Below the pieces are notes generated by a model. That model searched no databases. It worked only from the letters and a program-made list of their open reading frames with translations, and was not told the origin of the DNA. DNA of 64,000 bases from an uncultured Gemmatimonadales bacterium. GTDB lineage: Bacteria > Gemmatimonadota > Gemmatimonadetes > Gemmatimonadales > GWC2-71-9. Of this stretch, positions 28,399-38,600 are shown in pieces. Position numbers and translations under genes: made by a program. Position 1 is the first letter of the stretch, and each line of letters opens with the position of its first letter. Location: assembly GCA_963771275.1 (NCBI GenBank), contig CAVYSW010000006.1, positions 96,001 to 160,000 of the forward strand, read 5' to 3'.

Positions 28399-29520
28399 AT
28401 GAACGATGCCCTGCTCAGGGTCGCGCTGACGGATTCGCTATCAGACCCCAACTCGCACGCTAATCCACAGTCGCCCATTCGTCATGCGCTAGCAACGGAC
28501 CCCGAGCTAACGCAATTCCAAGACCAGTTTCACTTCCAGGTGTCAGGCTGGGCTCGGGCGACACATCAGACGCTTGCTGGTTGGCTCATTGAGCGAGCGA
28601 GAGCCACCTCAGCTGCCACGGCTGTTTCTGACCTGGCTCGGTACGTCGCCACTGACACAATCACCTGTACACACGTGATGACGCTCGGCGGCGTGCGAGT
28701 TGACCGCGCCGTCCAAGTCGGTCCGGGTATCCAACTCATCTCGTTCGAGGGGATTAGTACGTTCTTCTGGGCAAGTCGCATCGCCGGCTTGTATCGGACC
28801 TTCCATAAGAACTACCAGCCGACCGCCGCAATCCTCCAGACCGCAGCCTACCGGAAAGCGGTCCGCCCACCGGGCGCACAAATGGACTTCCCACCAAACA
28901 TGTACCAATCGCTTGAGGACGTTAGGCGATGCGTCACAGCTATCGGCCCGTCGTGCCCTGTTTGGCTGGGCACTTGGACGGAGCTTGACGAGTGGCTCCC
29001 AACCTATGGGAGCGGCGCGGCGATTCCCAACCCCTTCGAGACGGGTGGCTTCCCACGAAAAACCCGCGAAGGTGACTGGGAGCAACTGCCGTCACTTTAC
29101 TCAGCATGGTGCCGTCTGCCCGTGCGTGAACGAGAACATCTGCGCGTTCCTCTGGACCGCCTAAACCGCGCACAACGGAATCTCCCCATCGTGGACGTCG
29201 CAATCGAGCTTGGGGTGGCGGTGGACGCCTTGTTCCTCGCGGAGCGCGAGGCAGACCGTGGCGAGCAAACCCTCACGCTGCGCTTGCGCGCATCGCGGTT
29301 CCTCGCCCAAGAGGTCCCGGAGCAGCGTATGCTCGCGAAACGCTTCGGCACGCTGTATCGAGCCCGGTCCATGGCGGTGCACGCAGGCCGTCTCGATGAC
29401 GCGATTGACGGCCTAAACACCCGGCAATTGCTCGACCAGGGCTGCGACCTTGCCGCGACCGCACTACGCAGAATCATCCTCGAAGGCCCACCGGATTGGA
29501 CTGAGCTTCTCTACACCTAG
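28399..29520 (+). CDS. HEPN-domain protein, ApeA-like (putative RNase/anti-phage)
   Basis: C-terminal IELGVAVDALFL..TLRLRASRFL..LYRARSMAVHAG containing the RxxxxH motif. Confidence 0.78.
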   Translation: MNDALLRVALTDSLSDPNSHANPQSPIRHALATDPELTQFQDQFHFQVSGWARATHQTLAGWLIERARATSAATAVSDLARYVATDTITCTHVMTLGGVRVDRAVQVGPGIQLISFEGISTFFWASRIAGLYRTFHKNYQPTAAILQTAAYRKAVRPPGAQMDFPPNMYQSLEDVRRCVTAIGPSCPVWLGTWTELDEWLPTYGSGAAIPNPFETGGFPRKTREGDWEQLPSLYSAWCRLPVREREHLRVPLDRLNRAQRNLPIVDVAIELGVAVDALFLAEREADRGEQTLTLRLRASRFLAQEVPEQRMLAKRFGTLYRARSMAVHAGRLDDAIDGLNTRQLLDQGCDLAATALRRIILEGPPDWTELLYT

Positions 29521-29557
29521 GGGACCACACGGGGACGTTGCTGCGGAGCCTCTGACC

Positions 29558-29938
29558 TCAACAACTCCCCGCGGCTAGCAGCACGCTGCGACTGGTTCCC
29601 GCGCCCATGTCAGCGTCCGCAGGGAGACTCATGCAGGTCTGCGGTTCCTCCCGGTGCACACGCACCTCGAGCGGGGGTGGCGCCGCGGTTCGGCGGGCCC
29701 CCGCGCGGGGTTCTGGGATCTCAGACCCCCACTTCAGCTTGGCCGTGATGTACTCGTCGAACACCTCGTCGAGATGTTGCATTGCCTCTACGTCACTGGA
29801 GCCATCTGTCTTGCAGCCGGAAAGTTCCTCGATCCAGGCTAGCCAATACCGGCCACCCGGCTCATCCGGCTGCTCGACAGGCTCACACCGCCGAGTGTAC
29901 GGGAGTGCTTGGTAGTACGGCAAGTTCTTGTCAGTCAT
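29558..29938 (-). CDS. hicB: Type II antitoxin HicB family
   Basis: YWLAWIEELSGCKTDGSSDVEAMQHLDEVFDEYI..EIPEP. Confidence 0.82.
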   Translation of the reverse strand: MTDKNLPYYQALPYTRRCEPVEQPDEPGGRYWLAWIEELSGCKTDGSSDVEAMQHLDEVFDEYITAKLKWGSEIPEPRAGARRTAAPPPLEVRVHREEPQTCMSLPADADMGAGTSRSVLLAAGSC

Positions 29939-29943
29939 GGTCT

Positions 29944-30192
29944 TTATGATTGGCGTCTCGTAAGCTCGTCCACCAGTTTCACGGCATCCTCTGATACCCA
30001 GCTGCGTAGGACATTGTGCCGCGGAACGCCCATGGTCAAGTCCGGATGATCAGGGTGTTCACAGATTGTATGCTTACCTCCCTCCTCAACGCGAAAGCCG
30101 AAGCCCCGGAGCATCGAGCAGACCTCGTCATGGCCCCAGCCGTGCTTAGTCGCCCGCATGCGCACAAGCAGCCTCTCTGCGCTCCGGCTCAT
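29944..30192 (-). CDS. hicA: Type II toxin HicA family
   Basis: 82 aa; LRGFGFRVEEGGKH..VPRH; lies upstream of hicB. Confidence 0.82.
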   Translation of the reverse strand: MSRSAERLLVRMRATKHGWGHDEVCSMLRGFGFRVEEGGKHTICEHPDHPDLTMGVPRHNVLRSWVSEDAVKLVDELTRRQS

Positions 30193-30193
30193 T

Positions 30194-30616
30194 TCAGTGC
30201 GTCAGCCGAGCGTCGCGCGCCTGGACAGCATAGAGAGGGACGCTTCCTACGTGCCTTCCATCGATTTTCACGGCGAAGTCGTAGGCTCCCGCGTGGGGTA
30301 GCGTGATGTTGGGAAGCTCCATGACGAATTCCCAGGCGAGTGGGGCGTCTGGGTACACTCGACCCTCAGGCTTCAGATCAAACGCGATCTTCTGGGACTT
30401 GCCACACACCTGTCCGTCAGCGTCGATCAGTTCAATAACCAAGTGATGTGCACCGGCTTCGAGTCGCGAGCCCTCCACCCGCACGAGAATCGACAGACTC
30501 TTGTGAATGACTGGAAAGGCGGGAGCGGCAATCAAGTCGAAGATCCCGATGACGATCTTCTTGTTGGCCTGCCCTGGGGTGATGTGGTCGGCAATGAAGC
30601 CGTAGCGGAGATACAT
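30194..30616 (-). CDS. DUF6941-like beta-sandwich protein
   Basis: IADH..KIVIGIFDLIAAPAFPVIH..LPHAGAYDFAVKIDG; 1 bp from hicA. Confidence 0.7.
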   Translation of the reverse strand: MYLRYGFIADHITPGQANKKIVIGIFDLIAAPAFPVIHKSLSILVRVEGSRLEAGAHHLVIELIDADGQVCGKSQKIAFDLKPEGRVYPDAPLAWEFVMELPNITLPHAGAYDFAVKIDGRHVGSVPLYAVQARDARLTH

Positions 30617-30762
30617 GTTGGACTCCCGTCACCTGCGTTTCCCGACCGACGCCGTGTAGTCGTTTGTCACAGCCATTGGCACAGCGCATTGGTGTCGCGC
30701 CTCGCCAACGGCTCGGTGCGCCCCGAGCTGGCGATTTCCTGACCCCCGAAACCCTGCCGGTC

Positions 30763-30781
30763 GGTTACCCGGCGGTTACCC
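30763..30781. repeat. Putative integrase arm-type sites, right end
   Basis: GGTTACCCGGCGGTTACCC, 18/19 identical to 22920-22938. Confidence 0.7.
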
Positions 30782-30831
30782 TGGCTCCAGACCTCCGCGC
30801 CTGAAATCGGCTAAGTGCTTGCGGGACAACA

Positions 30832-30904
30832 TGGAGCGGACGGGATTCGAACCCGTGACCCCCTGCTTGCAAAGCAGGTGCTCTCCCAACTGAGCTACCG
30901 CCCC
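30832..30904 (-). tRNA. tRNA-Ala (TGC)
   Basis: GGGGCGGTAGCTCAGTTGGGAGAGCACCTGCTTTGCAAGCAGGGGGTCACGGGTTCGAATCCCGTCCGCTCCA; G3:U70; CCA not encoded. Confidence 0.97.
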
Positions 30905-30939
30905 CACGACCACGTAGCCCCTCCAGCGGGCAGCGCCGC

Positions 30940-32908
30940 TCAGCGACCACCCGCGTCGGGGACTTCGATCACGATGAATCGGGCATCGTCCCGGCCGATG
31001 CCCCGGAACCAGGCGATCAGATCGCCCAGTTGCTCAGGCGGGAAGATACCGCGCGCCCCGCTCAGGCGGCGGGTGACCCGAAGCACGCGCCCTTCCTGAG
31101 CGTACGTCGCCACATAGCTGCCAAACACGCTCCCGGCCGAATCGCCGGCCGGAAGCCGCGCCTTCCAGCCGGCGGGCAGGGTGAGCTGGATCTCGGTGAC
31201 CGCGGCTTCGGGCCCGATCACCTTCGCGGCGTCGATCGGGAGGGTCCGCGCGGGAAGCGCGGCCAGCTCGGCCGCCCCGGCGGCGAAGGCCTGGGTACTG
31301 CCGAGTGGCAGCGTCAGGATGAACGTGCTGCCCGAGCGCTCGGCCGCCCGACCGTGCCGCAGCCGGACCGCCACGGCGGGCTCCGCTTCCAGATCCTTGC
31401 CGACGAAGGCGATCAGGCTGTCACCCGCCGCCCCGTCGAACACCTTCTGCCCCATCGCCCGGAGAAACGTCGCCTTCCGCGTCGAGTCGAACGGCGTCCA
31501 GAAGGCGTCGCGCAGGTCGTACTCCTGGGAGCCCGCGGCGCGCTGCCGGTACCACCCCTCGAAAGTACCCGAGCGTATCCAGCGTGCCGGTGATTTCGGT
31601 CTCCGTGCGGTTGGCCGATGCCGAGTCGAGCGGCAGAGTCACCACCTGGCCGCGACCGTCGGGGTGTACGACGAGGCCGAACTCCCCCTGCTCCGCGGCC
31701 GGCAGGAGTCCCAGTGGCACGGCAGCCGCGGTGAGGTCCGCGTAGAGATCGCTGCCGTCGGGCCGCACCACCGCCGCGATGGCGTGGTCCAGCTGCTGGA
31801 CGGACGGGAGGTCGCGGACGACCGCGCCGGAGGCGTTGAGCAGTACCGGGTACGCAGTGATGCCGAGGTCGCCGAGGGCCGCGACGAAGATCGTCGCCTT
31901 GTCCTTGCAGTCGCCAAACTCCGTCTCGAACACCTTGGCGGGAGAACGCGGCTGGTAGCCTCCGAGGCCGAGCGCGATCGACACGTACCGAATGTCCTGC
32001 GCCACCCACCGGTGGATCGCGCGCACAGTATCGTCCCACGAGCGCGCGTCCGCCACCAGCTGGTGGACCTTGTCCCGGAGCGCGGCCGAGAGTCCGTAAC
32101 GATCCTTGGCGAGGCCGGCGTACCACGCGGCCAGGGCACCCCACGAGTCCGGGCCGGTCAGCGCGAGGTGCATCACGACACCGTTGGAGTCCGCGGCAAA
32201 CGGCTCGGCCCGGAAGCGCGGCACGTCGGCCGTCGCCCACACATAGGTCGCGCGCCCGTTCGCGTGGGTTTCACGCCGCGGGAAGTTCAGGTTCCACTCG
32301 CGAATCGTGAGGGGGAAGCTCTCCGGCACGTCCACGATGAGGCGCGACCGCCGGGTGGTGAGAGCGGTGGTGACGCTCCAGCTGTCGTAGAAATCCCCAG
32401 GGCGGTAGGGCTTCGTCTCTTCCTGGGTGTAGCTGTAGTCCACCAGCGTCCCCACGGCAACGCCCGACAGCGACGCCCGGATGACACGCCGATCGGAGTA
32501 GACGGGGTCACCCATCGCGGCGGGGACGTCGGATTCCTGCATGTGCGCTGGAGCCGCGCTGATCACGGTCCCGTCGGGCTTCACGACGCGGATCCAATTG
32601 ATCGTCAGCTTCTGATGGCTCGGGGTGTACGAGAAGCGGTGCTCCTGCTCGGCCGCGACGCCGCCTTCCCGGAGGATCTGGACCACCTGCCGATAGGTCT
32701 TCGACCAGCGGCCGTCCGCCTCATAGCGGACCACGCCATCGTCCAAGAGGAAGGCACTTGCCTCCTCGGGGTGATCGGCCGAGTCGACCGCCAAGGCGTA
32801 GATCGTGTCGTTCCGGACCGACGGATCGCCTCTGGTGGTGATGCGCGGCGCCTGGGCGGCCAGCGTGGAAGCCGCGAGCGCCAGGGCAAGCAGAACCGAG
32901 CGGAACAT
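30940..32908 (-). CDS. DUF3857 + transglutaminase-like protein, frameshift near 31555
   Basis: Signal peptide, DIRYVSI, GDCKDKA, DHAI. The frame switches at GYFRG|WYRQ to join ORF 30940-31455. Confidence 0.82.
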
Positions 32909-33040
32909 GGCAGTGACCTCGACGCGAACGCGTGGGTGATCGGCTGTCGGCCTCGGGGGACTCGTCAGGTGATCGTGATACTGAGGTCCGGCCATGTTGT
33001 CGACAGGGGTGGTGCGTCGCCGAGCCGGTGCTCTCCCAGG

Positions 33041-34495
33041 CTAGCTCGGCGCGATACTCGGCGCCAGAACGGGGTTGAGAATGTAGCGGATGACGTCTGC
33101 CGCCGAATACCCGCTTCCGCCCGCGCGCACCAGCGGTGCGATGTGCGCCACGTCATCGCCGATGGTCACGATCGGCGGCTCGACGTAACCATCCTCGCGC
33201 CATTGCGGGAAGCCTGCGGTCGCATTGAGCGCATTGCACAGGCAGACGCAGCCGACCGTGTCCGCCGCATCGCCGCCATTCCGGACGTAGTCGTCCACGG
33301 GTCCGGCAGGGCAGCGATAGCCGATGGAGCCGTCGTCCTTCTTGAACAGCGTGCGCAGAAAGCACAGGTCGCACACCCGCGCCCGCGCCGCGCGCACGCG
33401 CTCGTCCGAGAGCGTGCCGTCCAAGCAGAGGACCTTGAAGGGGAAGCCGGTCGGCGACGCGGTGGCGCTGGTGAGGATCAGCGCCCGGCCCTCGCGCGCC
33501 TCGCGCAGCACGCGGCGCTTCAACACCGGATCCATGCCGGATTCGTCGCACAGGGCGAAGGGGGTGCCGACCTGAATGCCCGCCGCCCCGGCGGCCAGCG
33601 CCGCGCGCAGCCGATCCGGATGTCCGTAGCCGCCGGCCAGCCAGAAGGGAACGCCAAAGCCCCGCAGCTTTTCGGGATCGACCAGATCCCGCTCGCCGTA
33701 GATCGGCTCGCCCCGTTCGTTCAGGAGGAGCGGACCCCGCGGCGGGGCATTGTGCCCGCCCGCGGTGGGTCCTTCCACCACGAAGCCGTCCACCGAGCCT
33801 TCGCTGCGCTTGAGCAGGGCGCGCGCCAGCACCGCGGACGAGATGATCGGGATGAACTTCGGGCGCTTCAGCTGGCCGATGCGGCGCGCGATGCCGGCGA
33901 ACAGGCGCTCGGGATCGAAATGAATCCGCGCGTCGTCGTCGGGCTTCATGCCCAGCACGTCGAGCCGGTAGGAGACGGGCTCGTGACGCGCCAGCTTGTC
34001 CACCACCGCGGCGATCTGGGTCGGGATCCCGGCCCCCATCAGCAGATAGTCCACGCCCGCGAGCATCGCCCCGTAGATCGAGGCCAGGTTGGGCAGCTGG
34101 ATCTTCTCGAGCAGGTTGATGCCCACCGGTCGCGAGTGGCCCTGTTTGGCCAGGAACACCTCGACGTAGTTCGCGATCACCGTAAACTGGTCCGCAAAAC
34201 GCGACGGACGGACCGTGTACGCAGGGGGACTCTGGTAGGGCGCGTTGGGCGCCTTGCCACCCGGAACGAAGTAGCGCCGCAGGGCCTTCTCCACCGACTC
34301 CGGGAACCGGAAGCTCTCGAGCGCGCGGCGCATGTGGCCGCCGGGATCCCCATCCGTCAAGCGGCTGGTCAACACCCGGGTCATTCCGGTACCGGAGACC
34401 ACGCCGAGTTGCCCGAGGCGCGACACGGTACTGGCCAGGCGCCAGTTGGAGATGGCGACGCCCATGCCACCCTGGATGATCATGGGACAACTCAC
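33041..34495 (-). CDS. Nitronate monooxygenase / 2-nitropropane dioxygenase family flavoprotein
   Basis: IIQGGMG, EGPTAGGHNAPPRG, GIQVGT, SPTGFPFK; Cys-rich C-terminus. Confidence 0.88.
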   Translation of the reverse strand: MSCPMIIQGGMGVAISNWRLASTVSRLGQLGVVSGTGMTRVLTSRLTDGDPGGHMRRALESFRFPESVEKALRRYFVPGGKAPNAPYQSPPAYTVRPSRFADQFTVIANYVEVFLAKQGHSRPVGINLLEKIQLPNLASIYGAMLAGVDYLLMGAGIPTQIAAVVDKLARHEPVSYRLDVLGMKPDDDARIHFDPERLFAGIARRIGQLKRPKFIPIISSAVLARALLKRSEGSVDGFVVEGPTAGGHNAPPRGPLLLNERGEPIYGERDLVDPEKLRGFGVPFWLAGGYGHPDRLRAALAAGAAGIQVGTPFALCDESGMDPVLKRRVLREAREGRALILTSATASPTGFPFKVLCLDGTLSDERVRAARARVCDLCFLRTLFKKDDGSIGYRCPAGPVDDYVRNGGDAADTVGCVCLCNALNATAGFPQWREDGYVEPPIVTIGDDVAHIAPLVRAGGSGYSAADVIRYILNPVLAPSIAPS

Positions 34496-34696
34496 GCCGG
34501 AGCTCCGGGGCGTGAGGGACTCGTCGCTGGGTATCGCATCTGGTACAAGATAACGGGGCCGGGTCCGGATGTCCTGTCCGGCGCACGCCGCTACGAGATC
34601 GGACCGGGGGCGAGGCCTCCCGGCGCGCTTGACCGCCACCCCGATGAGGCCCTAGCCTTCGCCATCCCACAGGACCGTAGTGCGAGAGCCCGCGCG

Positions 34697-35560
34697 ATGC
34701 CCACCTGCTTCTTCGTCTCGGATCTGCACGGCCATCGTGACCGGTACGACACGCTGTTCGATGCGATCGAGCGGGAGCGGCCCGCGGCGGTGTTCCTCGG
34801 CGGGGATCTCCTGCCCCACGTGATGGCCTCGCTCGACTCGACCGCCCCGCTGTCCCACGACTTCCTCGACCGCTATCTGGTCCCCGGCTTCGCCCGCGTG
34901 CGACGGCGCCTCGCCACCGCCTACCCGCGGGTGTTCCTGATCCTCGGCAACGACGACGCCCGCGTGGAGGAGCAAGCGGTGCAGGACGCCGGCGCCGACG
35001 ACCTGTGGGAGTACGCGCACGAGCGGCGGATTCCCTGGGGCCCCTGGGACGTGGTCGGCTACGCCTGGGTCCCGCCCACGCCGTTCCGCCTCAAGGACTG
35101 GGAGCGCTACGACGTGTCCCGCCACGTGGAGCCGGGCTGCAGCACGCCGGAAGAGGGCTGGCACAGCGTTCCCGTGGACGTGCGGCAGATCCGGTTCGCG
35201 ACGATCCGCCAGGATCTCGACCGCCTGGCGGAGGCCGGCGACCCGCACCGCACCGTGTTCCTGTTCCACACGCCGCCGTACGACACGGCGCTCGATCGGG
35301 CGGCCCTGGACGGGAAGCAGGTCGACCACGCGCCGCTCGACGTGCACGTGGGGAGCATCGCCGTGCGGCGGTTCATCGAGCAGCACCAACCGCTGCTCAC
35401 GCTGCACGGCCACGTCCACGAGTCGGCGCGCCTCACGGGCCGCTGGCGCGAGCGGATCGGCCGGACCCACGCGTTCTCCGCCGCGCACGACGGGCCGGAG
35501 CTCGCGCTGGTGCGGTTCGATCCCGCAGCGCTCGATGCGGCGACGCGCGAGCTGCGCTAG
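34697..35560 (+). CDS. Calcineurin-like metallophosphoesterase
   Basis: SDLHG, GGD, GNDD, FHTPP, HGHVHE. Confidence 0.9.
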   Translation: MPTCFFVSDLHGHRDRYDTLFDAIERERPAAVFLGGDLLPHVMASLDSTAPLSHDFLDRYLVPGFARVRRRLATAYPRVFLILGNDDARVEEQAVQDAGADDLWEYAHERRIPWGPWDVVGYAWVPPTPFRLKDWERYDVSRHVEPGCSTPEEGWHSVPVDVRQIRFATIRQDLDRLAEAGDPHRTVFLFHTPPYDTALDRAALDGKQVDHAPLDVHVGSIAVRRFIEQHQPLLTLHGHVHESARLTGRWRERIGRTHAFSAAHDGPELALVRFDPAALDAATRELR

Positions 35561-35618
35561 TGCCGTTGCAGCGCGCGGCGGTTGGAGCGGACGAGCGGCG
35601 AATGGCGTTGGACCGGTC

Positions 35619-38600
35619 CTAGAGGGCGCGCGCCCCCTTCATGGCCAGCGGCCGGGCCGCGTCGGTCACCGCGCCGACTTTCGCGGCAAAGCTCGACTTG
35701 CGCTGGACATCGTCGTCGGTGATGTAGTGGACGTCCAGCAGCCCCGCCGTCTTGACGCCGGTCCGCAGGAAGTTGAGCTCCGCGAGACTCAGGCTCCATC
35801 CCTCGAACCACGCCGTAAGCGCGCGGTGGTGCGCTTCCGCTCCGTCGTAATGCACCAGCAGGTCGATGTCGCTCCCCGCGCCGCACGTCGCGTTCTTGGT
35901 TGATCCGATCAGGTACATCGCCCGCACGCCGAACCGCTCGGGGTCGAGCTGCGCCGCGACGCGCTCGCCCATGTGCAACCTCCAGCGCCAGTGGAACTCG
36001 CGCGCCTCGTGCTCCCGCCGCCGATCCTGGGATACCTCGGAGAGCGCCGCCGGGGCGGCCAGCAACGCCACCGCGCGGTCCTGATCGCCGTTCATCAGGA
36101 CCCGGAGCACCAGGCCGCCGGAGGCCTGCGGGACGTCGATCACCCGGACGGTGCCCGCCAGCCGGGCGTGCTCCGGAAGCAGCTCCGGGAGCACGTTGGG
36201 GGAGTGGAGCAGGAAGTCTTCGTTGAACACGTTGTCGGGCTCGTCGGGATAGAGCGGGAGGTAGCGGATCGACGCCTCGACGAGGTCCTGGAAGAAGTGC
36301 GTGCCGAAGGAGAGGTCCGGCATGTAGTTCCCCTCCTTCCGGGCAATCTCGACCAGCATGGCCGCGTTGTTGATCTCGGAGTAGGTGACGCTCACCCCGA
36401 GCTTGATGTCGCCGCGGCTTCCCCAGCGGCCCGGGCCCATCAGGATGAACCGGCGCTTGGGGAGCTGCTTGTTGAGCTTCCCCACGACCCGGCCGACCTC
36501 CCTGAGCGCCGCGAGGTCCTCCAACTCCTTGTAAGCGGCCGGGTCCACGTAGACGATGTGCGTGATCTCGGGCACCCGACCGTTCGAAACGTAGCGGTTG
36601 GCCGTGAACAGGACGCGGTCTCTCGGCAGGTCCGCCGGGATGAGCGCGGGCGTCGCCTCCGTAGCGTAGCTCTGCGGCCGGCATTGCAGGAGATACAGGT
36701 GCGCGCCGTCGTGGGCGAACTCCACGTCCACCGGCACGGCGAGCTTGTCCTGCAACAGCTTGAGCAGGGCGCGCATCTGCATCACGAACGGCGTCCGCGT
36801 CACCAAACCGTCAAACGTCACCACCACGTCGTCCTTCTCGAAATCCACCTGCATCCCGAGGGGCCGGCGGATCGTGCCGTCTTCCACGATGGACACGATG
36901 TCGCCGATCTGCGGGAATGCGCTCCCGCAGTCCTTCAGCAGCTCGCGGAAATTCACCGACTCGAACGACCGGGTCTCCAGATTGATGGCGTCCACCATTG
37001 TGGGCGAGTAGCGCAACACCTCGTCGGGTGAGACGTTGACGCGCAGCCCCGGTTGCCCGGGCGCAATCAGCACCGGATAGTCGTCACCCAGCCGGTCGAC
37101 CGCGCGCGTGCCGAGCCCAGGCACCAGCCGCAGCAGCCCATCGTCGCGCCGGATCCGGGCCGACCAGCGGAACTCGTTGTTGCTGAACGCCACCCCGGAG
37201 AACGCCGGCAGGAAGTGGTCGCCCACACGCGTGCCGACCACCTCCTGGATCATGATCCCCATCTCCTCGTGCAGATCGAGCATGCCGCGCTCGGCGCGGT
37301 ACTCGATGGGGTCAGGCGCGAAGATCGAGGCGTAGACCTCCGCGATCGCGTCCTGCAGCGCCGTGAGACGTTCCTTGCGGGTTCCCAGGTTCGCGAGGAA
37401 CAGGCTCTTGTACTTGCCGGAGAAGGCGGCACCCATGCGGTCTTCCAGCAGGCTCGAGCTGCGCACGATGAGCGGCCGGTCGTCCATGTCGTCGAGCACC
37501 AGCGCCAGGCCCTTTGCGATCTCCGTCGAGAAGTGCGAGTTCTTGAACACCTGGACGATGTGCGGGTACTCGCGCCGAATCTGCTCCAGCTCGAGGTACT
37601 TCCGGTCGTAGACATCCTCGAGGTGGTTGTCCTGGATGAAATCGAGCACGCCGTCCGACGTGATGTACCAGGTCTTCGGCACCCGGATGTCCGCCAGCAC
37701 GTCGGCGTACGCGGGCGAGCGCTGCACGATCTTGGCGGCGAGGATCAGGCCGGCGCTCTTCCCCCCCAGCTTGCCGTGGCCCCTGGCCGGGCAGATGATC
37801 CGCTGGGTGAGATCGAAGAAGTCGCTGACCTGGATGTAGTTCTTCGCGGTGTTCATGAAGCCGAGCTCGTCCGAGAAGAACCGCCGTACTAGCCCGACGC
37901 GGAGCGCGGTCTGGACCGGCCGGGTCAGGTCCGCCTCGTCCACGCCCACGAAGCGGAACCGCTGGATCGCCTCGGCGAGGTCCGTGAGCGTCGTGGCCGG
38001 GCGCTCCAACGCCTCCAGGAGAAAGCTCGACTTGTCGTCCTTGATCCACTTCTGGATCCGACTGAGGATCTCGTCCACGTCGAGCTGCGCCGCCGCGATC
38101 CGGAAGGTCGCGTCGGCGATGTCGAGCAGATCCTGCAGACTCTTCTTCTCCACCGGTCGATTGTCTTCGAACGGAATCCGCTCCGCAGCGTCGAGGTCGG
38201 GTGCGAACCGCTGCAGCAGCTCCTGGGCCTCCTCGACCCCGTTCCAGCACAGGTGGTTCAGCATCTTGCGGGCGAGGCGGATGAGCAGGTGGCGGTCGGT
38301 ATGGCGCAGGAAGTCGATGATGACCCACCAGTCCGGCTCTTCCTCCGTAGCCGTCATGTCCCGCGACGCCGCCTGCCACTCGCGGATCGCCCCCTGGAGG
38401 CGGCGCTGGACCAGGTACTGGCCGATGCGCTCGGCGACCGTGTCGATCAGCTTGCGCTCTTCCTTGAGAAACGGCCCCTCGTCGGAGCGGGGCATGACCC
38501 GCGTGTAGTAGACCTCGACGCGGCCCAACGTCCGGCCTTGGACGGAGATGTCGGCCGTCTGCACCCACGGCGTTTCCTGGAACCCCGGAGGCTCGTAGAC

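Larger units (their letters stand above)
22766..30873. mobile_element. ~8.1 kb tRNA-Ala-integrated element (phage-satellite-like genomic island)
   Basis: 43-bp direct repeats, tyrosine integrase, excisionase, phage-like small genes, and defence/TA cargo with visibly lower GC. Confidence 0.92.

Noticed and set aside
31545..31570. Programmed ribosomal frameshift in the transglutaminase gene
   Set aside because: No canonical slippery heptamer. It is a one-base excess in short T/G runs, and similar indels occur elsewhere, so sequencing error is more likely.
31181..34696. 1459-aa ORF 31181-35560 as one giant protein
   Set aside because: Only the last 287 aa (metallophosphoesterase) are real. The rest is the antisense shadow of two minus-strand genes in high-GC DNA.
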